From: the human T2T-CHM13v2.0 reference genome, Homo sapiens | Reading direction: 5' to 3' (one strand) | NCBI RefSeq assembly: GCF_009914755.1 | Contig: NC_060931.1 | DNA: 64,000 bases | Shown here: positions 54,878 to 64,000 of the stretch, piece after piece | How the letters are laid out: each line of letters starts with the position of its first letter | How positions within the stretch are numbered: the first letter of the stretch is position 1 | Made by a program: the position numbers and the translations under genes | The notes under the pieces: model-generated | Told to the model about the DNA's origin: nothing | Databases searched by the model: none | What the model saw: only the letters and a program-made list of their open reading frames with translations

Positions 54878-54974
54878 TATAATTAGCAAAGCATACTAAG
54901 CTCAGAGGTAACCTGGCCTTTGAACAGGATTGTTACATCTCAGGTTACCTCTGAGCTTAGTATGCTTTGCTAAT

Positions 54975-54978
<4 letters not shown>
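54878..54978. repeat. Perfect 38-bp inverted repeat with 25-bp spacer
   Basis: tataattagcaaagcatactaagctcagaggtaacctg (54878-54915) is the exact reverse complement of 54941-54978. Confidence 0.97.

Positions 54979-55021
<43 letters not shown>
54979..55021. repeat. (TG)~21 microsatellite
   Basis: Direct inspection. Confidence 0.98.
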
Positions 55022-55024
<3 letters not shown>

Positions 55025-58000
55025 CCTTACTTTCCTCTGACCTTAGTAAGCTTTGCTAAGAACAGTCTAGAGTCTTGTGTGGACATATTATTACTACTTT
55101 TTCCAACATGGAGGAATCTTACCTGCAATAAGCCAAATGACCAACAACAACAAAAAAGGAAAGCTGATGAAGACAAGAGACAGAGTGACTGACTAGTATG
55201 TGTCCCTAAGTTACTAAAGCTTATGTAGCCTCTAAGTAACCTCTGAGGTGGACTTTTCTACAGTCCTATAACTAAGGAAGAACTAATCAAATATAGAAAC
55301 CATGGCTGAGAGACAAGGTAAAAGTGATGGAAACCTAAGTCTCTGAATCAGTTGGAGGCACATGGATTTTGAGTTTGTCATGGGTATTTGGAAAGTCATA
55401 GTCACAATGTAATTGTACATTTTTATGTAAAGAAAAATGTTTCAGCTTGTCACACTCTAAAATTTGTGTCACTGTTATATAAAGATGGACTTTTATATAG
55501 GTAGATATATAACTTTATGTATAGATTGATACATGGTTTTCTACAGTTTGTCTTTGACTTAAGAACCAACCATAATTTAAGAGGATAATGGATTGTTCAA
55601 TGGTTAGCAAACATTAAATAGTAGTAAGATATAATATGTTAAACATACTATTGCTTTTATAATCAAAATATGTGCTTACATTAAGTGAATGGAATATCAA
55701 TATTATGCACAATATGTGGTTATGATTGTCACAGGCAGAACAGAAGCTTTCTCTCTTGACAGGCAATTAACACAGCCTAATAACATGGATAGAGAGATAA
55801 ACACTCAAGAGGAATAATAAATTTATGTTCTGTTGCTATAAGAGGATAATTTTATGTTTTATTTAAGATTGAAGCTTACATTGATATTAAAAACTGTGCT
55901 TAATGGTAGGAGTTTGAATTAAATTCTTACTGTTAAGCCTGTTTAGCAAGTAAAAATAATTCAGTATATTCAACACATAATGTTTTATAAATGCTGTATT
56001 GAGGAGATGGATACTTTGCCACCTTAATAGTGGTGTGTAATATGAAGCACACCAAAGGCCTAATACCTTCATTTTATAGCTTTTTACCATTTTCTCAGCT
56101 GAAATGACAAAATAAATCTTCCTGGCCCATGTTTTGAGTGAGTTACAGTCAGTAGCATCCTGTGCTCAAAAAAACAGACTTCACTCAAGGCAAACAGGCG
56201 TGTGAGGAAGAACATGTGACTCAGAATTAATCTGAACTTAAAAGACTGTCTTTTCCCTCATGCATCATCAAAATTGGATGTGTTATATCATAAAGCTTTA
56301 CCTTCTTACTAAAACTGTGTTTTAAACTGCTTAATTTTGTTGACCAGAGGTAGAGTGGCAGAAAGGAAAGCATATGCATTGATTATTTTTTAGTACACTG
56401 AAAGACTGCATGTTTAAGCAATATAAGTTGTAGGTTTTAGGATTATTTGATAAAAGATAAATGCTCATGGGCTTCAAAAACAGTAAACCTATTAAGAGAT
56501 CTAAGATGACTTGAAATCATTTTAAATACAGTATGCACATTTCCAATGCTTGACTAATAAACTGCTTGAAGTTACTTACCTATTAGCTCATCAAATTGTC
56601 TATAATAAGGAGCCTTTATATATAACTTAATACATGTTTTTAAATGGATTATTTAAGGAATTTGATTTTAATATTCTTTCATTCTTTTCTTTTTAATAAT
56701 AAATGGTTAAATAATTGATTCTTAATTATCAATTTCTCATAATAAAAATGTATATTAACCAAATATGGGTTTTATAATTTTTTTGAGTGCCACTTTAAAC
56801 TTTTTTCAAGAATTTAAGTCTCTCATAGTTTGCAGCCATGAAGAATACATAGTTTATGCTGTTTGTGTATTGGATATAATGTAGAATGGAATATTATTCA
56901 ATGACACAGTTCACGCTAGTGCTGATCTCTTTCACTGTAGTGAGGCCACAAATGAATTTGCTAAAATGCATTAAGGTGATTTTAGCAGAATAAAATAATA
57001 AAGAGTTTTAAATTGTTTTTCTACTCACTGAAAAATTATACTTTTTAATGATACAAAAAGTATTTGGAATATTCTTGCATATGACTTTGTAAAGAAATAT
57101 TAGTTTCTCTGCAAAATATTTTAAGTAAAACTCTGCTTGGAAAGAGGTTAGATAAACTTTGGAGGACCCTTCAGGTTCTTGAGTCAGTGATTCTGTGATG
57201 TAAGCAAATAAGACAGTATGGATTTGAAGTGGACATGTTTCAGCCAAGTCCTTCTACGAGCCAAGCCAGTCATCTGGTTTTAATGAACCTCCTTTGGAAT
57301 GCAAAAATTTTAATGTTTTGCTTGGGCCCACTATAGTTTTAATTACTTGTATTTGACATGTGTTGAGCAATAGCTAAGCAGTAGTGATTACCCAACACAA
57401 CATTTTATGCAGTGCTTGCTTACTTTAGGCTGAAGTGTAAAATATAAGCATTTTTCAGATAGGGTAAAGGGAAATAATTATAAAGATAGGCCATTTGTAT
57501 TTCTGATTGACGCTTAAGAACATTCAGAATAGTTTAAGGTTAATATGACCTATTGCCCATATTTTTGTACATATTCAGTTATCTCCAAAATATATATTAA
57601 AAAATTGTGAATCATGTAACTTTAAATTAGGAGATTATGAATACTTGATCATAACCAGATGTTTTGAATCTCTACTAACTAAAGACAAAAAGGGAAGTAG
57701 ATTAAATTGCATTAGTTAAGAACAGTTACTGCATTGAAATGGAGTGAATTAGTACCTAAATTTTTAAGTCCAAGGACCTGGTTTTTAATGTCAAAATGTT
57801 TTGCAGATATCCACATGGTAGTTATGATAATTTTTGTAAGCTCTGATTAGGAAATTATGTAACAACTAAAAGTATCATGAGGTCAGTGACATTTTAAAAT
57901 AAATTTATGTGTTTTAACTTAGAAAATATTTAGTCATTTAAAAAATATGTGGATATGAGAAATACTATTTACTAAATCTACAAAAATGTACATAATGAAT

Positions 58001-58933
58001 TTTAGGATACCTTACTGTAACTAAGAACCCCCTGAAGCGTCTTTCATCTTGAGTACCAACCTTGTTATTAGAAATTAATCAAACATATTTAATATCAAAT
58101 TATTATTTAAATAAAGAAGTTCTCAACATCTAACCTATTTTAAAAACATGTATAAAACCATATAAATATAAATAAGCAAATAAATTGATAACTACAAAAC
58201 AACGCATATACTTTGAAATATATTGAATGCAGATCATTAAAATATTTTTTCTTTATCTGTTGTGAAAAGCCAGCATATGCATTGCTAACCTACATTAGAA
58301 GAAAATGTAGACTCTGTTAAATCTCATGGACAGATAGTTTTAAAAATTTGTATTTTAGACATGAAAATATCCTTCATCATTTTTATTAGGTATAATATAA
58401 GGTATTCTTTTATTTAAATTTTTATCATTTTATGGTGCTAATCAGAAATACTTTAACGCTTTTAAGCATGCTTATAAGAGTTTGGGTTTGAGCCTACTTC
58501 CTTTTGCATAAATTTATTTTGTAGTGAAAAACATGTTTTAAATATATAGACTGTACTTCTCACTGGTTTTACCAACATTATAAATTATATGCAAAAGTGA
58601 ATGGAATTAACAAGTGTAAATCTGTCATTACTATTATAAAAATCACTTGCTTCTTAACACAGGGGTAATACTCTAATATTAGCATCTAGAAAAAAGATGA
58701 ATATAGTACCATGAAGTATAGTGCTCATCCTAAAACCCAAAAGGCACAGTGTTCCAATTTTTTGTATTCTATAAACTCAAGTCAATCGGTATTCATAGCA
58801 TTCTGCTTCGTTACCAGCAGTATTCTAAGTTCTGATATGGTGGCTACAAAAGAGGAAATGTAAATGGTTGCTGAATTCACATAAGTTAAAGTATATGTAC
58901 TGAGACTGCACTCATTTACTGTAGTTTCATCTA

Positions 58934-59245
58934 CAGTAGTCTCCCCTTATACACAGTGGATACTTCAAAAATCCCCAGTGGATGCCTACACCATGGATAG
59001 TGTCAAGCTCTATATAGTATATACTATGTTTTTCCTGTTCATACGCACCCATAATAAAGTTTAATTCAAACATTAAGCACAATTAGAGATCAATAATAAC
59101 TAACAATTGAATAGAATACTGTAATAATAGTTATGTAAATGTAGTTTTTCTCACTATCCCTCTCTCTCTTAAAATTTCTTATTATACTATACAACTGGTA
59201 GCTGAAACCTTGGAGAGTGAAACAACTGATAAGGGAAGACTACTG
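58934..59245 (-). mobile_element. MER44A (TcMar-Tigger) MITE
   Basis: TIRs cagtagtctccccttat / ataagggaagactactg, with a TA TSD on both sides. Confidence 0.88.
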
Positions 59246-59689
59246 TAGAAAAGGAGTAATTTTTCTATGCCAGTTGGCCAGTGATAAGAACTTTACAAGT
59301 CTGACTGTATTATCATCACAAACAAGATTGTAATTCGATACATCTTTATATTAACAGGGGCTGGTGGGATTTCCACTGACCTTTTTTTTTTTCTTTTTTA
59401 GTCCAACCAAATCAATTTCTTTGGCTTGTTTATGAAAATCATATTAGACTTCTTGTTCACAAGTGTCAATTGCACTAACCAAATAGAGTTGGCTGATTTT
59501 TCTTTGCTCATAAAGGTGAGAGTTAACATGATTAATACCAGACTGTTCAATGTTGATAGAAGAATCTGAATAATTATGATGATAGGCTTTAGTATATTCA
59601 TGAGGGTTTCTTGGGATTACAGAGGGTGAATAACAAGAACAAATTTCTGTTCACAATACATTCATAGATTTTTATCAACAAAATTAAAT

Positions 59690-59900
59690 AATTATTTTCT
59701 AATCATCCCTAGCTTAGTAAGTTACAACTTCATTCTCCCAATTTTGAAAGCCAAAACTTTGAAGTCATTTTTGATGGCAATTTTTCTCTTATAGCACACA
59801 TCAATTAATTAGCAAATTCTGCCATCTCTGTAGTCAAAGTTTGTGCAAAATCCATGTACTCTCACAGTCTTGACAATTACCACCTAGTCGATGCACTCAA
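59690..59900 (+). mobile_element. L2 relic
   Basis: aagccaaaactttgaagtcatttttga..caattaattagcaaattctg. Confidence 0.55.
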
Positions 59901-60565
59901 AGTATAAAAATAAACTCCTAATACATGAATAAAGCATTGAATAAAGTACATTCCCAGCATGTAAGAAAATTAGTGGGTGACTGAGACAAAGAAAAAAATG
60001 ATTAAGGTAGTGTAAAACTATATACGTTTTTTAATATGTTAATAAACATGCATGCTTATTGTGTATGTTTATACACATTAAATGTAGCCTTACAAAATCT
60101 AGAATAAAATGAAATATTCTAATATAATGCAATCAATTCATAGAATTAAAGTGTTTTTTAATATGATATCCATTAGTGATCTTCAGTAATGCTATATTTC
60201 CCAGGATCTGCAGTGATTCAGCATATTTCTCCAAGTTTGCAACATTTCATGACCAGAGCTTCTTAAATTTAAATGCTAGGATGCTTTAGGTATAACTCTC
60301 TAAAACTGACTATGATAGATCATAAATGCTGCTTCTTATTTTTTGGAACAAATTATATTATTTAATATAATTAAATATAAGTTAAAATGACTATTATTAG
60401 AAAAATATATCCATCAAACAATTTTAGGCTTTTATTTTATAATTTACCATTAAAAACAAAGAAAATCATCTTATAGGACTAACAATGTTGGCCAAATAAG
60501 AAATCCACTAGAATTGTTACACATTTAAATCTGGTAGATGAAATTTTTCTTTTTTTGTCTCCATC

Positions 60566-62766
<2,201 letters not shown>

Positions 62767-64000
62767 CATTTAAATGGTATTTATTATCTTTCAGTTTCCA
62801 GGTGCTGTGCTCAGTCCAGGAATACAATGATGAATACGATCAAGGCCCTTATTTCAGAGCTGACACACACTATACATAATGCATCAAAAATTGCGTTCTC
62901 GCTATATTTCTGTTTATTTGGTTTTATCTGCAAGAATATAGATAGCATCTGCTTTGATATAAAACTTTTATGTGTCTTATGTAGTTGATTTGTAAATGTC
63001 CTATCTATAAATATAAAACAATAAATTACTAGTTACAGTTAACTTAGGAAAACTTTTAATCATGTCCTACATTTTACACCTTGTAATTTCTACCAAATGT
63101 TTGTATTTTTATGTCTTATTAAATATAATAAATATTTGTCTTAACATATTTTAATAGAATTCCTCATATGTTTTGCAGAAAGCTAATTATGGTTTTCCAT
63201 GTGATTTTTCTTTCATATATACAGTATTATTTAAAATAAATTTGTATAAAATAAGCCAAGTGTTTTTTATTGTAATGTGTATATTACATTAAGAAATACT
63301 ATACATTCTCTAATGCCATTTTATATGCAATCTTCTAAGCACTAAGTTTATATTTACCAGGAAAAGGTTCAATTTGGTGACTTAGGTCATGGCTTTTTTA
63401 TTCTTTATTTAGAGTTGACAGTAGTGTAGGCGTATGTCTGGGCCATTCGCCCAACTATACCAATGGTTCCCTTTCATTTTCTTTCCCTGATTCAGCATCA
63501 AGCATGAGTTACATATGGTCACCAATCTTCCAGACAAAAAATAGCTAAAGAATAGTAAATTTTTCCACTACATTAGTCATCTGGGACTCCTCTCTGTGGT
63601 CAGTACCTGCATGGAAAAAGGATTAAAAAAGCATTTTCACTGATAACAGTCCTTCAAATATATTATTTTTTCAAAGATCATCAAACCACAAAGATAGTTC
63701 CAGTCAGACATCCAGATGTTTACTCTGAGTCACAGAGTAGCTATCAAACACTGTGGTAAGGGATTCCCTAAGTAGGTAACCGAGTTTTCTGTAGACAGCA
63801 AAGGCTCTTAGACATGGATTTGAGTAATCAAGTTTTATTTAGTTTGCTGACTTTCAAGTTTCATTCCATGGCTTTTTTGACTACTCTGTATAAAATTTGG
63901 AGCTATGTTTTATAATAAATACAATGCAGAATAGAGCAGAGTTCCCACAATGAGGTAGTTCATAGATGCATCAGATGTGCTTAAGAAACTATAAAAATAG

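Noticed and set aside
54600-55350. Possible very old MLT1-like LTR around the inverted repeat
   Set aside because: Resemblance too weak to call or to bound by eye.

Overview
AT-rich, CpG-depleted primate (most likely human) non-coding DNA: a gene desert or the interior of a large intron. Much of it is recognisable interspersed repeat. The first 10.6 kb is one full-length, decayed L1MA-type LINE-1 that still has its target-site duplication (TSD). It contains a piggyBac MER75, an AluY and a complete THE1 MaLR provirus, which itself carries an Alu. Further along are a 5'-inverted (twin-primed) L1PA7/8, about ten Alus in all, solo LTRs (MER41A, MER54-group, LTR16, MLT1), MITEs (MER58A, MER91A, MER3, MER44A), MIR/L2/L1M relics and several microsatellites. 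I can support no protein-coding gene, RNA gene or novel multi-gene system; the listed ORFs are L1/THE1/Alu remnants, microsatellite translations or chance. The least explained structures are a perfect 38-bp inverted repeat at 54878-54978, an unassigned ~140-bp direct repeat bracketing ~0.9 kb at 10865-12029, and a ~360-bp CpG-retaining purine-pyrimidine tract at ~34.1-34.5 kb. Repeat subfamily calls come from recalled consensus sequences and need RepeatMasker/Dfam confirmation.
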